From Candidatus Acidiferrales bacterium (lineage in GTDB: Bacteria > Acidobacteriota > Terriglobia > Acidiferrales > UBA7541), in NCBI GenBank assembly GCA_035933545.1, contig DASYYQ010000146.1:37668-101667 (forward strand): a stretch of DNA of 64,000 nucleotides, written 5' to 3'. Of this stretch, positions 26,742 to 36,785 are shown in pieces. The translations under genes were made by a program, and so were the position numbers. The notes beneath the pieces are model-generated. The model was given only the letters and a program-made list of their open reading frames with translations, did no database searches and was not told the origin of the DNA. How positions within the stretch are numbered: the stretch's first letter is position 1; each line of letters begins with the position of its first letter.

Positions 26742-27497
26742 TCATTCAAGTTGTGCTGCGGTCAGGAGCATGGGTTCACCTTCGGTAATGACAATGGTGT
26801 GTTCGTAATGCGCGGACAGGCCGCCGTCCGCTGTTTTCACCGTCCAACCATCACCACTGTCTATTGGCTGGCCCGAGCCCACGGCAATAATCGGCTCAAC
26901 CGTGAGCACCATTCCTGCGGTCAGGCGCCTGCGCGCGTGAGGATCATCGAAATTTGGCACGCTGGGCTCTTCATGAATGGTACGGCCGATGCCGTGGCCG
27001 CCCAGTTCGCGAATCACGTTGAAGCCGTTTTGGCGCACTTCCTGCTCGACGGCGCGGCCGATTTCGTTGACGCGGTGACTCGCGCGCGCAAACTGCATCG
27101 CCTTGCGAAACGCGCTCTCCGCGCAGCTCATCAATCGCCGCGCTTCATCGGACACCGGCTCGACCGGCACGGTGATTGCCGCGTCGGCCATATAACCGTT
27201 TTTTTCGAAGGTCACATCCAGCTTTACCAAATCGCCCGCGCACAGTTTGCGCGCATTCGAAGGAATGCCATGCACAGCTTCGTCGTTCAGGCTGATTAAA
27301 ACGTCGCCGGGAAATCCATAGACGATTCGCGGCGCCGAGCGCGCGCCATTCTCGCGCATAATTTTTCCGCCAATTTGCGCTAGTTCGCCGGTGGTCGCGC
27401 CGGCGCGCACCTTTGCGGACATTGCTTGAAGCGCAAGGCGCACAATGCGGCCTACCTCTTTAAGCGCCAGCAGCTCTTTGTAACTTTTAATCGACAC
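26742..27497 (-). CDS. map: type I methionyl aminopeptidase
   Basis: Metal ligands occur in the expected contexts: VHGIP, GDLVKLDV, ADAAITV, GHGIGRTIHEEP, LTVEP, EHTIVIT. Confidence 0.9.
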   Translation of the reverse strand: MSIKSYKELLALKEVGRIVRLALQAMSAKVRAGATTGELAQIGGKIMRENGARSAPRIVYGFPGDVLISLNDEAVHGIPSNARKLCAGDLVKLDVTFEKNGYMADAAITVPVEPVSDEARRLMSCAESAFRKAMQFARASHRVNEIGRAVEQEVRQNGFNVIRELGGHGIGRTIHEEPSVPNFDDPHARRRLTAGMVLTVEPIIAVGSGQPIDSGDGWTVKTADGGLSAHYEHTIVITEGEPMLLTAAQLE

Positions 27498-27643
27498 CGT
27501 CTCTGCGCTCGCGACTTTTGCTTGGGCGAAAAATAAATTGCCACGTGATGGCCCACTCGGACGCTCAAAGATGCTCTTCGCGCAACGGCAGCCTTCCAGG
27601 AGCGCAGAACCATTCTACAGCATTGCTTTTCGATCTGCTGTGA

Positions 27644-27835
27644 CTAGATAGTCTTCACGCCGGCTCTGCGAAGAATGGCCATCATCGGACACCAATTGGT
27701 GAAGGCCGATTGGAACAGGTTGAGCCCGACGAACGCTGTAAAGAGGTACCAATACGGGCTGACCCAGTATCCCAAGGCTAACGAAATCACGACAAAGGCG
27801 CCAGCGATGAGTCTGAGATAACGTTCTAGCGTCAT
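27644..27835 (-). CDS. DUF2892 (YgaP C-terminal-like) small membrane protein
   Basis: ATG at 27835 is preceded by [31 protein letters not shown]...[32 protein letters not shown] is the DUF2892 pattern with its conserved Cys. The longer track ORF would overlap the RND gene. Confidence 0.65.
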   Translation of the reverse strand: MTLERYLRLIAGAFVVISLALGYWVSPYWYLFTAFVGLNLFQSAFTNWCPMMAILRRAGVKTI

Positions 27836-27851
27836 GATGTTGCCTCCTATT

Positions 27852-30800
27852 TCAATCTGCGGTGGAATGGCGATTTCCGCCGGCTGCTGCAATACGTGCG
27901 GCGGCGCCGCGTTCACTCAGGTAATAAAGAACAGGAATGGCCATTTGCGAGAGTGCGGTGGCAGCCACTGCTCCCGCCATCAGTGAAATCGCCAAGCCTT
28001 GAAAAATCGGGTCGGACAGAATCACGCTCGCGCCAACGACCACCGCGGCGGCAGTGAGCAGGATGGGCCGGAAGCGCACTGCGCCAGCGTCTACGACCGC
28101 TTCCTCGAGCGACATTCCATTCGCGCGGCGCAGTTCGATGAAGTCAACCAGAATAATCGAGTTTCGGACAATGATCCCGGCGCCGGCAATAAAGCCGATC
28201 ATGGAAGTTGCCGTGAAGAACGCGCCCAACATTGCATGCGCGGGCAAGATGCCGACAAGAGTCAATGGAATCGGAGCCATGATTACGAAGGGTGTTTTGA
28301 ACGAGCGGAACCATCCCACCACCAGCACGTAAATGAGCACCAGGACTGCGGCGAACGCCAGGCCGAGGTCGCGGAAAACTTCCACGGTGATCTGCCACTC
28401 GCCATCCCATTTCATGGTATAGCGATCGGTGCGCTCTGGAAGCATGGTGCCGAAATACTGCTTCAAATCATAGCCGCCCGGCGTTTGGATTTTGCCGATG
28501 GCGTCGCGCATTTTGAGAATAGCGTAGACGGGACTTTCGATCTGTCCGGCCACGTCGCCGGTCACGTAAACGACGGGACGCAAGTTTTTGCGATAAATGC
28601 TCTGGTCGATTGTGACCGCGCGAACGTCGGTGACTTCGCGAAGGGAAACTTCACCGCCGGAGGGGGTGGGCAGTTTCAGATTTTCGAGGCCTTCGATGCT
28701 GGAGCGATCTGCGCGCGCCAGACGCACTTCGATAGGCACATCTTCGCGGGCAGCGGGGTCGTGCAGAAGGCCGGCTGAAGCTCCGCTCAGCGCGATCTGG
28801 AGGGTGCGCGTGACGTCTGCCGCAGAAATGCCGTGGAGCGCAGCCTTGTCGAGATCAACCTTCAGATCAAATTTCTTCTGTGGATCTTCTACGTACCAGT
28901 CAACGTCCACGACGCCGGGCGTCTGCTGAAATATCGTTTTGATTTTCGCGGCGATTTCGGTCTGAGTTTTGTAGTCCGGTCCGTAGACTTCGGCGACGAG
29001 AGTTGCGAGCACAGGCGGCCCAGGAGGAACTTCGGCTACTTTGATGCGTGCGCCAAAGCAAGCGGCGATTTTGTCCAACTCTGGGCGCAATCTGCGAGCG
29101 ATGTCGTGACTCTGCGCTTTGCGATCGTGACGGGAAAGCAGGTTGACCTGGATATCGCCCTGGTTGGGCTGGCTGCGAAGAAAATAATGCCTGACCAACC
29201 CGTTGAAGTTGTAAGGCCCAGAAGTGCCGGCGTAGATTTCGTAATTGACGACCTCCGGCTGCGCGCCAATGTAATTTCCCAATGCCTGCTCCACGCGGGC
29301 CGTTTGCTCGAGCGTGGTTCCGTCCGGCATGTCGATGATCACCTGGAACTCGCTCTTGTTGTCGAAGGGCAACATTTTGACCTGCACCCACTTCAGCGGG
29401 AACAATGCGACAGCCGCAAGCAGCAGCACCACGACTGTGGAAAGGAAAGCCCATCTTCGCGACGCCTTCTGAATTAGCGGGACCATCAGGCGGCGATAAA
29501 GGCGCGTGGTCCAGCCCTCTGACTCGTGCGCGGGCTTCGGAGTTCCGGCATGATGGCCGAGCAGGCGTAAAGCAGCCCAGGGCGATACCACAAAGGCGAC
29601 GATCAGCGAGAAAACCATAGCCGCAGAGGCGCCTACCGGTATGGGGCGCATATACGGACCCATCAGGCCTCGCACAAAAGCCATTGGCAGGATGGCTGCA
29701 ATCACCGCGAACGTGGCCAGAATCGTGGGGTTGCCAACTTCGTCCACGGCCTCGACGGCAACATCTGCCAAAGGACGGCCGCGGTTCTCCGGCAGCCGAA
29801 AGTGCCGCACGATATTCTCGATGACCACGATGGCGTCGTCCACCAGGATGCCGATGGAAAAAATCAATGCGAACAGAGTTACTCGGTTCAGCGTGTAGCC
29901 GTAGAGACAGAAAATGGCGAGCGTCAGCGCGAGTGTCACGGGGATGGCCAGAAGCACAACGCCCGATTCGCGCCAGCCCAGCGCGAAGGCGATCAATAAA
30001 GTGACCGAAAGCGTAGCAATGAGCAGATGCTCCAGCAATTCGTCGGATTTGTCCTTGGCGGTGGCGCCGTAATCTCGCGTCACGGTGACGTGCAAGTCGT
30101 TTGGCAGCATGTTGCCGCGAAGGGAGTCGACTTTCTTGAGAACATTTTCAGCGATGACCGTGGCGTTCGACCCTTTGCGCTTAGCCAAAGTGATGGTCAC
30201 GGCGGGATAATCCGGATTCACGCTGTTGCCACTCGCGCCCTTGGCTCTTGCGAACATCACGTAATTCTTAGGTTCCCCGGGGCCGTCAACGATCTTCTCA
30301 GCCACGTCCCGCAGGTAGATAGGCCGGCCAGCGTGCACTCCGACGACGACTTGCTGTAAATCTTCGGCGCTCTTGAAAAAATTGCCAGCTTCTACCTGGA
30401 ATTCCTGATTATTGCGGGCGAAGCTGCCGGCTTGGGCGCGGGTGTCAGAAGCACCGAGCTGCGCGACAACGGCGCCGGGCGTGAGCCCATAGGCGGCGAG
30501 CCGCTCGATATCCAGCACGACACGCAGCTCGCGCGGCTGGCCGCCGATGATGGTGGTCTCAGAAACGTCGCGGAGCTGTTTCAGCGAACGGTCAAGCTCG
30601 TCGGCAATTTGCCGCAATTGGTAGGCGTCGTAATTCTTACCCCAGAGCGTGAGCGCGAGAATGGGCACATCATCAATCGACCGGACCTTGATGAGAGGTC
30701 GCGAGACGCCCTGGGGTATGCGGTCGAAGTTCGAATAGAGCTTGTTGTAGGTTTTGACGATGGCGTCATCCTGATTGGTGCCGACATAAAAGCGAACGAT

Positions 30801-31124
30801 GAGCATGCTCAGGCCGGGGTGGCTGATGGAATAGACGTACTCGACGCCCGGTATTTCGCGAATCAATTTTTCCATGGGCACCGTGGCGCGCTGCTCCACT
30901 TCTTGGGCTGACGCGCCGGGCATTTGGACAAACACGTCCAGCATGGGAACAACGATTTGCGGCTCTTCTTCGCGCGGCGTCTGCAAAATGCTGAAAAAAC
31001 CCAAAAGAAGAGCGCCGACGATGAGCAGAGGTGTCAGCTTCGAATCGATGAAGCTGTGCGCGATGCGGCCAGCCAGGCGCAGGACGCGGCGCGAATTGGA
31101 TGTAGTGCTGGCGGAGTTGCTCAT
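27852..31124 (-). CDS. RND-superfamily efflux transporter, inner-membrane permease subunit
   Basis: 1090 aa with 12-TM architecture and two large periplasmic loops. Typical segments include [33 protein letters not shown] and [15 protein letters not shown]. It overlaps the adaptor gene by 4 nt. Confidence 0.9.
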   Translation of the reverse strand: MSNSASTTSNSRRVLRLAGRIAHSFIDSKLTPLLIVGALLLGFFSILQTPREEEPQIVVPMLDVFVQMPGASAQEVEQRATVPMEKLIREIPGVEYVYSISHPGLSMLIVRFYVGTNQDDAIVKTYNKLYSNFDRIPQGVSRPLIKVRSIDDVPILALTLWGKNYDAYQLRQIADELDRSLKQLRDVSETTIIGGQPRELRVVLDIERLAAYGLTPGAVVAQLGASDTRAQAGSFARNNQEFQVEAGNFFKSAEDLQQVVVGVHAGRPIYLRDVAEKIVDGPGEPKNYVMFARAKGASGNSVNPDYPAVTITLAKRKGSNATVIAENVLKKVDSLRGNMLPNDLHVTVTRDYGATAKDKSDELLEHLLIATLSVTLLIAFALGWRESGVVLLAIPVTLALTLAIFCLYGYTLNRVTLFALIFSIGILVDDAIVVIENIVRHFRLPENRGRPLADVAVEAVDEVGNPTILATFAVIAAILPMAFVRGLMGPYMRPIPVGASAAMVFSLIVAFVVSPWAALRLLGHHAGTPKPAHESEGWTTRLYRRLMVPLIQKASRRWAFLSTVVVLLLAAVALFPLKWVQVKMLPFDNKSEFQVIIDMPDGTTLEQTARVEQALGNYIGAQPEVVNYEIYAGTSGPYNFNGLVRHYFLRSQPNQGDIQVNLLSRHDRKAQSHDIARRLRPELDKIAACFGARIKVAEVPPGPPVLATLVAEVYGPDYKTQTEIAAKIKTIFQQTPGVVDVDWYVEDPQKKFDLKVDLDKAALHGISAADVTRTLQIALSGASAGLLHDPAAREDVPIEVRLARADRSSIEGLENLKLPTPSGGEVSLREVTDVRAVTIDQSIYRKNLRPVVYVTGDVAGQIESPVYAILKMRDAIGKIQTPGGYDLKQYFGTMLPERTDRYTMKWDGEWQITVEVFRDLGLAFAAVLVLIYVLVVGWFRSFKTPFVIMAPIPLTLVGILPAHAMLGAFFTATSMIGFIAGAGIIVRNSIILVDFIELRRANGMSLEEAVVDAGAVRFRPILLTAAAVVVGASVILSDPIFQGLAISLMAGAVAATALSQMAIPVLYYLSERGAAARIAAAGGNRHSTAD

Positions 31125-32254
31125 GGCTGCGCTGCGATTCGTTTTCCGCCGAGTTCACGGCCGCCGGGTGCGGCCACAAATTCTTCGCCGGTTTGCAAAC
31201 CGGAGAGAACTTCGACCGCTTGTCCCTCGGTTTGGCCCAACGTGACGTAACGCAATTCGGCAATCTGATTGGCTCCGAGCACGTAAATTCCTTGAAGATT
31301 GCCGCGCCCAATTATCGAGGTTCGCGGAATCAGCAACGCCTCGCGCTCACCCCGCAGGAAATTCGCACGCCCAAAGAGGCCGGAGCGGAGCTGCGAGTCG
31401 GCCGGCAATTCGATTTTCACCAGGAAGCTGCGACTGGCCGGATCGGCGGCGGGAACAATCTGAACAACTTTGCCGGCGAGCGCCGGATTTTCAAGCGCGC
31501 CGATAGTCACCGGAACGGTTTGTCCAATGCGGGCGAGGCGAATATCGCTCTCGTCGACGCTCACTTCCAGGCGATAACTTCGCGTGTCTTCCATTGCGAA
31601 GAGAGGCATGCCCGGAGAGGCCAGCGTGCCCGCATCAGCCATTTTTTGCGTCAGGATACCGGAAAAGGGCGCGCGAATGATTGCGTAGCCAAGCGCAGTG
31701 CGAGCCTGCGCCGATGCGGCGTTCGCTTGCGACTGCTGCTCCTGCGCGATGGCGCGTTGCGCCTGCGCCGATTGATAGCGGGCGTTGATTTGGTCGAATT
31801 CCTGCGGGCTGACGGACTTTTTTTTGTACAATTGCTGGTAACGCTTCAGCGTCGCCGCAGCCAGCGCAAGCTCCGAGTCTGCGGCAGTGACTCCGCTCTG
31901 TGCGGCGCTTACGGCAGCTTCGGCCTGCTGCATGGCGGCGCGCGGCTGAGCATCGTCTAGGACGGCGAGGATTTGGCCGCGTTTCACGAGATCGCCTTCA
32001 TGCGCGCGGATTTCGACGATGTTGCCCATCATTTGGCTGGAAATTTGGCTGGTCTGATCGGACTGCACAGTTCCTACAACTCGCAACCAGTCGGGAACGC
32101 GCGTGTCTTGCGCGACAGTCACTGAAACGTTGCTCACCGTTTCGAGCGGAGCCGCCTTTGCGCCGCGCTCGCTGCTGCAGCCTGCCAGTACGGTGCTCAA
32201 TACGGCCAGCAATATGCAGAGCAAGATAGTGTTTGCGTAAGTTTTGCGATTCAT
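31121..32254 (-). CDS. RND efflux periplasmic adaptor (membrane fusion protein), lipoprotein
   Basis: Lipobox LAGCSS, an alpha-hairpin coiled coil ([12 protein letters not shown]...[10 protein letters not shown]), and barrel-sandwich/beta-barrel segments ([18 protein letters not shown]). Confidence 0.85.
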   Translation of the reverse strand: MNRKTYANTILLCILLAVLSTVLAGCSSERGAKAAPLETVSNVSVTVAQDTRVPDWLRVVGTVQSDQTSQISSQMMGNIVEIRAHEGDLVKRGQILAVLDDAQPRAAMQQAEAAVSAAQSGVTAADSELALAAATLKRYQQLYKKKSVSPQEFDQINARYQSAQAQRAIAQEQQSQANAASAQARTALGYAIIRAPFSGILTQKMADAGTLASPGMPLFAMEDTRSYRLEVSVDESDIRLARIGQTVPVTIGALENPALAGKVVQIVPAADPASRSFLVKIELPADSQLRSGLFGRANFLRGEREALLIPRTSIIGRGNLQGIYVLGANQIAELRYVTLGQTEGQAVEVLSGLQTGEEFVAAPGGRELGGKRIAAQP

Positions 32255-33720
32255 GGCGTCACCATGGGAGATTGAGGATTCAACGTACCGGTGGCCAGCT
32301 GCAGATTGGCGTAGCTGGTTTGATAGCGATAAATGGCATCATAATAATCTGACTGGCTGCGCCGCGCAGCTTCTTCAGCAGCGAGCAGATCGCTGATCGT
32401 CGAAAGGCCGGAGTCGTAGCGGTTCTGATTGATACGCAGGCTTTCCTGCGATTCGGCGATTGCGGCGCGAGCGACTTCGAGCTGCCGCTGGGCTGCGTCC
32501 ATTTGATAGTACGCTCTCCGCACTTCCAGCCGAACGGCGTCGCTGGCCATATCCTTCGCGGCGACGACTTTGTCTTGCATGGCGCGCTCATGGGCAAGCT
32601 GCGCTCGTTTTGCTCCGCCCTGGAAAAGGTCGAATTGCACTTCGATTCCAGCGAGCCAGTTATTTCCGCCTCCGCCAGCGAGAAACGTTGGGTTATCAGC
32701 TTCCCAGTCTCCGAAGGCGCTGACGCGCGGGCCGAAGGACGACTTCGCGATGAGCACGCTTTGATGTTGCGCTGACTCTTCGGAACGAATTTGCTTCAAG
32801 TCCGGGCGAGTCTCGAGCGCCTGTTTCTCGGCCTGTTCCATGGAAACCACAGGCAGAGTTTTCTCGACAAGCGTGCCCATTACGTCAAATTCGGTTTGTG
32901 CGGGCAGTCCCATCGAGACGTTCAACTGCGCCTGCGCCAGCGCGAGGTCGTTCTGAGCGCCAATGAGTTCTTGTCGTCTTGACGCGAGCCGCACCTGCGC
33001 GCTCAGCAAATCGGATTTCACGACGATGCCGCTTTCATAACGATTCTTGCTTTGCTCGAGAATGGCCTGCGCTGTTTTCAATGCTTGCTCGGCGATATCG
33101 AGTTGTTTTTCACCGAGCAGCACAGAGTAGTAGGAATCGATGACCTGGAAAACGATTTGCTGGTTGGTGTGCTCGAGCTGATTCCCGGCTGCGTCTTTTG
33201 CCCGCTGGGCGCGAACAACGCCGCGCCAGCTCGCCAGCGAATCGAACAAATTCCACGTTCCGCCGAATTGCGTCGCGAAATTGCCGATGGGAAGCGGCGT
33301 GTTCAGGCTGTTCAGCGCGAAATCCGCAGCGGCGAATCGCTGCTGCCGCAATCGGCTGCCGAAGACGTATACCGGATCGTTGCCGCGCGTAGCAGTTTCA
33401 GAAAAAGTGGCGTGTGGCAAAAGAAAAGACCGTGCTTCGCTCACATCCGCGGCGGCGGCGCTGGTGTCCGCGAGCGCTGCTTTGCGCTGAGGATTTTTCT
33501 CCAGCGCAATTTTGACGGCTTGTCCGAGAGAAAGCGGAGCCGGCTGCTGCGTTGCTTGCGCGGAGAGCAATTCAGGAACGGACAGCACAACCGCGAAAAT
33601 CATCAACGCGTACCCGGCAAATCGAAATGCGCCATTGATTCGTGAAAGAAGCTTTGACAATCCGCTCTTCATTTTTGTGGGTTGTTGTAGTCCGCGCATT
33701 TTCATAAGAAGCTCATCCAT
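32251..33720 (-). CDS. TolC-family outer-membrane efflux protein
   Basis: Signal sequence plus two repeats of the TolC helical/beta pattern (LSLGQAVKIALEKNP..., ...YESGIVVKSDLLSAQV..., ...RYDSGLSTISDLLAAE...). It overlaps the adaptor gene by 4 nt. The start is uncertain, since several in-frame Met codons are available. Confidence 0.8.
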   Translation of the reverse strand: MDELLMKMRGLQQPTKMKSGLSKLLSRINGAFRFAGYALMIFAVVLSVPELLSAQATQQPAPLSLGQAVKIALEKNPQRKAALADTSAAAADVSEARSFLLPHATFSETATRGNDPVYVFGSRLRQQRFAAADFALNSLNTPLPIGNFATQFGGTWNLFDSLASWRGVVRAQRAKDAAGNQLEHTNQQIVFQVIDSYYSVLLGEKQLDIAEQALKTAQAILEQSKNRYESGIVVKSDLLSAQVRLASRRQELIGAQNDLALAQAQLNVSMGLPAQTEFDVMGTLVEKTLPVVSMEQAEKQALETRPDLKQIRSEESAQHQSVLIAKSSFGPRVSAFGDWEADNPTFLAGGGGNNWLAGIEVQFDLFQGGAKRAQLAHERAMQDKVVAAKDMASDAVRLEVRRAYYQMDAAQRQLEVARAAIAESQESLRINQNRYDSGLSTISDLLAAEEAARRSQSDYYDAIYRYQTSYANLQLATGTLNPQSPMVTP

Positions 33721-34177
33721 TCACGGTTGCCGTCGTTGGAGCAAGCCACGCCGTTTTCTCTTCGACAATCTCGTAGGTCGTCTCCAGACGCGCCGTGTGC
33801 TTGACCATCGCGGATACCGAGCAGTATTTCTCGTCGGAAAGGCATATGGCCTGTTCGATTGCGCGGGAATCTATTTCGACCCCGGTGACCACATGGTGGA
33901 TGCGCACCGCCGTGAAAACCTGTGGCGGGCGCTCGGCTTGATCGGCTTCGACGCGCACCTCGTAGCCGGTGACCTTTTGGTGATACTTCTGGCGAAGAAT
34001 GGTGATGACGTCGAAAGCAGTGCATCCTGCCAGCGCTGCGGCCATTAGTTCAATTGGCTTTGGGCCGGTGCCTCCGGCGGCATCGTCGAGAATCAGGCAG
34101 TGCTCGCTTCCGGCTGTTGCGACGAACTGCCGCTCCACTCTTAGCGGTTGAGTTAGCAAAACTTTGGCTGTGACCAT
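33713..34177 (-). CDS. OsmC/Ohr-family peroxiredoxin-like protein
   Basis: ATG at 34177 has GGAGA upstream. GPKPIELMAAALAGCTAFDV and ...EKYCSVSAMV are the two conserved Cys contexts of the OsmC family. The 3' end overlaps the TolC-like ORF by 8 nt. Confidence 0.8.
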   Translation of the reverse strand: MVTAKVLLTQPLRVERQFVATAGSEHCLILDDAAGGTGPKPIELMAAALAGCTAFDVITILRQKYHQKVTGYEVRVEADQAERPPQVFTAVRIHHVVTGVEIDSRAIEQAICLSDEKYCSVSAMVKHTARLETTYEIVEEKTAWLAPTTATVNG

Positions 34178-34362
34178 TTGCGTTTCTCCGCGATGAATCG
34201 AGTTCACGCGAATAAATGCAAAGGAAGGAGTTTTGTTACAGGGAATCCGCAAATTCTTTTTCACGCCTCACTTTTTGGAAACGGATTCGGTGGGCGGGTG
34301 GCGTCCAGATTTTTATCGGTTTTCGTGTTTCGTCGCGCCGCGACGTTCCCGGTTTGCGATTG

Positions 34363-34452
34363 TCAGGTTGGCACGCCGAGCCGTGGAAGCACCCACTTGA
34401 GCAAAATGAAATACGCCAGAAGCGCGATTAAAAATTCCAGAATGTTGGTCAT
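34363..34452 (-). CDS. 29-aa hydrophobic micro-ORF, translationally coupled (ATGA) to the USP gene
   Basis: MTNILEFLIALLAYFILLKWVLPRLGVPT. Its ATG overlaps the TGA of CDS 34449..35330. It has a single TM helix. This is not in the ORF track because it is shorter than 60 aa. Confidence 0.3.
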   Translation of the reverse strand: MTNILEFLIALLAYFILLKWVLPRLGVPT

Positions 34453-35330
34453 TTCGCACCTGTACTTGTCTCTGGAACTACCAGGACGGCCGAATCCGCG
34501 TGCCGCACCACACGTTCTGTGGTGCTGCCCAGCATGGTGAATTCGAACAGTCGCTGATGCAGCGCGCCGAGCGTGATCAAATCAACCGCGTGCTCGCGTG
34601 CAGCTAGCAGGACCTGCTCGGCGGCATTGCCGTGGCGGACTACCTCCACCAAATCACAGCGGCTTCGTACTTCTGAAGGCACCCATTGGCAGAGTTGCTC
34701 TCCCGTTGACTTAAGATTAGCGTTTTCACCCTCAACAGCGTGCATGATCACGAGCTGCGCCCCGAAAGAATGCGCTATCTCAGCAGACACTCGCAGACAT
34801 CCGCGCGCGGCGTCGGTAAAGTTGATTGGGCACAGAATCCGGGAGATTTTCGGCGTCATTTGCTCCGCTTCACGGGCTCTCACAACGAGCGTTGGCGTCA
34901 ACGATGCGCGCACCACATTTTCTGCCACGGAACCCAAACGCAGGCGAGTGATGCCGCTCCGCCCGTGGCTGCCCATAACGATCAGGTCCAGTTTTCGAGA
35001 TGCGGCATGTTCCAATATTTTTTCGATGGGATGCCCTTCCAAAACTGCAATTTCCGGGTCGAGTTTTGAGCCCAGCGCTTCCCGGACCAGCTTCGCGAGT
35101 CTATCGGCCAGCACGGCGCGCTGTTGCTGGACCGTTCCTTCCAATTCCGCCACCTGCGACGGCAGAAAGTATGGCGGGTATTCGAACCATGCTGCATGCA
35201 AAAGCTCCAGTTTTGCGTGGTAGACCTCCGCAAACATGCCCGCCCAGTTCAGCACCGTTCGCGATGCCGCGCTCAGGTCCAGCGGGCATAAGATCATTTT
35301 CGGTACGAACCCTCCTCGTGCCTCTGGCAT
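34449..35330 (-). CDS. tandem-domain universal stress protein (UspA family)
   Basis: Two Usp repeats: ILCPLDLS...DLIVMGSHGRSGITRLRLGSVAENVVR...PTLVV, and ILCPINFT...DLITLGALHQRLFEFTMLGSTTERVVR...AVLVV. GAGGTG lies 5 nt upstream of the ATG at 35330. Confidence 0.8.
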   Translation of the reverse strand: MPEARGGFVPKMILCPLDLSAASRTVLNWAGMFAEVYHAKLELLHAAWFEYPPYFLPSQVAELEGTVQQQRAVLADRLAKLVREALGSKLDPEIAVLEGHPIEKILEHAASRKLDLIVMGSHGRSGITRLRLGSVAENVVRASLTPTLVVRAREAEQMTPKISRILCPINFTDAARGCLRVSAEIAHSFGAQLVIMHAVEGENANLKSTGEQLCQWVPSEVRSRCDLVEVVRHGNAAEQVLLAAREHAVDLITLGALHQRLFEFTMLGSTTERVVRHADSAVLVVPETSTGAK

Positions 35331-35448
35331 TTGTGCACCTCGGCAGGCCCAGTGCTTCGGGCCACACGAATGAATGCAGACGCGCGGAATCTGTTACAGA
35401 AAAATGAGGAAACCTGTGTGTGCAGAGGCGACAACCCCTAAGTAGAAG

Positions 35449-36354
35449 TTACCCCGTTTGATTCGGGCTGGAGATATTTGCCAGAGCATCGTGGTACTCG
35501 GAGAGCAGTTCGCGTCTGAGCTTGGCGGCGACGCGTGCATCGGGAGGCTCATTTGGCGCCGTCCGGCATTGCTGAATCGTTCGTTCCAAACTGGACAGAA
35601 ACGCCTTGCAAGGTTCACAGCCCTGCATGTGCTTTTCCAATTCTTCACAGAGCGAATCGTCGAGCTCATCGTCCAGATAGTTGGAAATTTCGGCGAACAT
35701 TTGCTTGCAGCGTCGCTCGCGCGGCATTGTGGTAGAGGCATTTTGCGGTGCGCGCTGCGGCGTCGCCTGCTGAACGCTATGCACCTCCTGCTTCGCTAGT
35801 TCCTTTCGCACGAACAGCCGCGCCCGGTGCAGCCGCACGCGAATGGTTCCGAGCCGAAGCCCGGTGATTTCAGCCACCTCCGCATCGGACAGCTCTTCCA
35901 TATCATGCAGCACCAGAACCAGTCGGTAATTTGATGGCAGTTTTTGTACCGCTACACGAAGCCGCTTCGCATTTTCGCGGCGCAACAGGCTGTCCTCTGG
36001 GGTCGCAGAGGCTTTTCCCGAAAAGCCTTGCAATTCCTTGCGATCGGGCATCAATTCTTCGAGGGAGAGATTTTCCTTGGGGGCAAATTTGCTCTTGCGG
36101 CGGCTCATCAGGCAGCGGTTCTTGGCCACTTTGTAGAGCCAGACCACGAGCGCTTTGGGGCTGTCGAACTTCGGTAGATTAGGAACCGATTTGACCAGTA
36201 CGTCCTGCATGGTATCTTCGGCGTCTTGCCGCTGGCCGCAGACCTTCAGGCTGAACGAAAAGACGGTGTTTTGCAGCAGCGCAAGCGCTTCGTCCAGCGA
36301 TTTCGTGTCCTTGCGGTGCACCAGTTCGATGGCACGCTCAATCTCGGGTCGCAC
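35449..36354 (-). CDS. ECF sigma factor fused to a C-terminal zinc anti-sigma (ZAS, zf-HC2) domain
   Basis: Sigma2 region: [13 protein letters not shown]...[13 protein letters not shown]. Sigma4 region: [48 protein letters not shown]. After a ~30-aa linker comes [39 protein letters not shown], which is C...HxxxCxxC. No TM segment follows. GTG start. Confidence 0.8.
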   Translation of the reverse strand: MRPEIERAIELVHRKDTKSLDEALALLQNTVFSFSLKVCGQRQDAEDTMQDVLVKSVPNLPKFDSPKALVVWLYKVAKNRCLMSRRKSKFAPKENLSLEELMPDRKELQGFSGKASATPEDSLLRRENAKRLRVAVQKLPSNYRLVLVLHDMEELSDAEVAEITGLRLGTIRVRLHRARLFVRKELAKQEVHSVQQATPQRAPQNASTTMPRERRCKQMFAEISNYLDDELDDSLCEELEKHMQGCEPCKAFLSSLERTIQQCRTAPNEPPDARVAAKLRRELLSEYHDALANISSPNQTG

Positions 36355-36551
36355 CGCTCAAATGTAGCATGTCTGCCCGCCCCTGGGCATGGCAGGTTCG
36401 CCACTCCACGCGCTGGGCGTTCCTTCTCGTACCGGACCGCAATCCTTTTGGTAAGGGACCGATTGTGGCCGCCATAAGACGCGGCTTTTCCGCGAAACGA
36501 ATCTCTGGTAACATTCCAACCATCGTTTCCAGCGACTTATTGGAGCTAAGA

Positions 36552-36743
36552 ATGGCACTGATTTGCGAAATCTGCGGTAAGAAGCCCAGTTATGGCAACA
36601 TTGTGAGTCACGCGAATAACTTGCGGCGGCGCCGGTGGAATCCGAATTTGCGGCGAGTGAAAACTGTTGTTGGAGGCGTGCGTAAGCACATTCGCGCGTG
36701 TACCGCTTGCATCCGCGCAGGACGCGTACGGAAGGCCGCCTAA
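36552..36743 (+). CDS. rpmB: 50S ribosomal protein L28
   Basis: [37 protein letters not shown]..., 63 aa, with GGAG upstream. This is the canonical L28 sequence. Confidence 0.9.
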   Translation: MALICEICGKKPSYGNIVSHANNLRRRRWNPNLRRVKTVVGGVRKHIRACTACIRAGRVRKAA

Positions 36744-36785
36744 ACCATCCTCAGAAAATATCCTCACAGTCGAAGGAGTTTTCCC

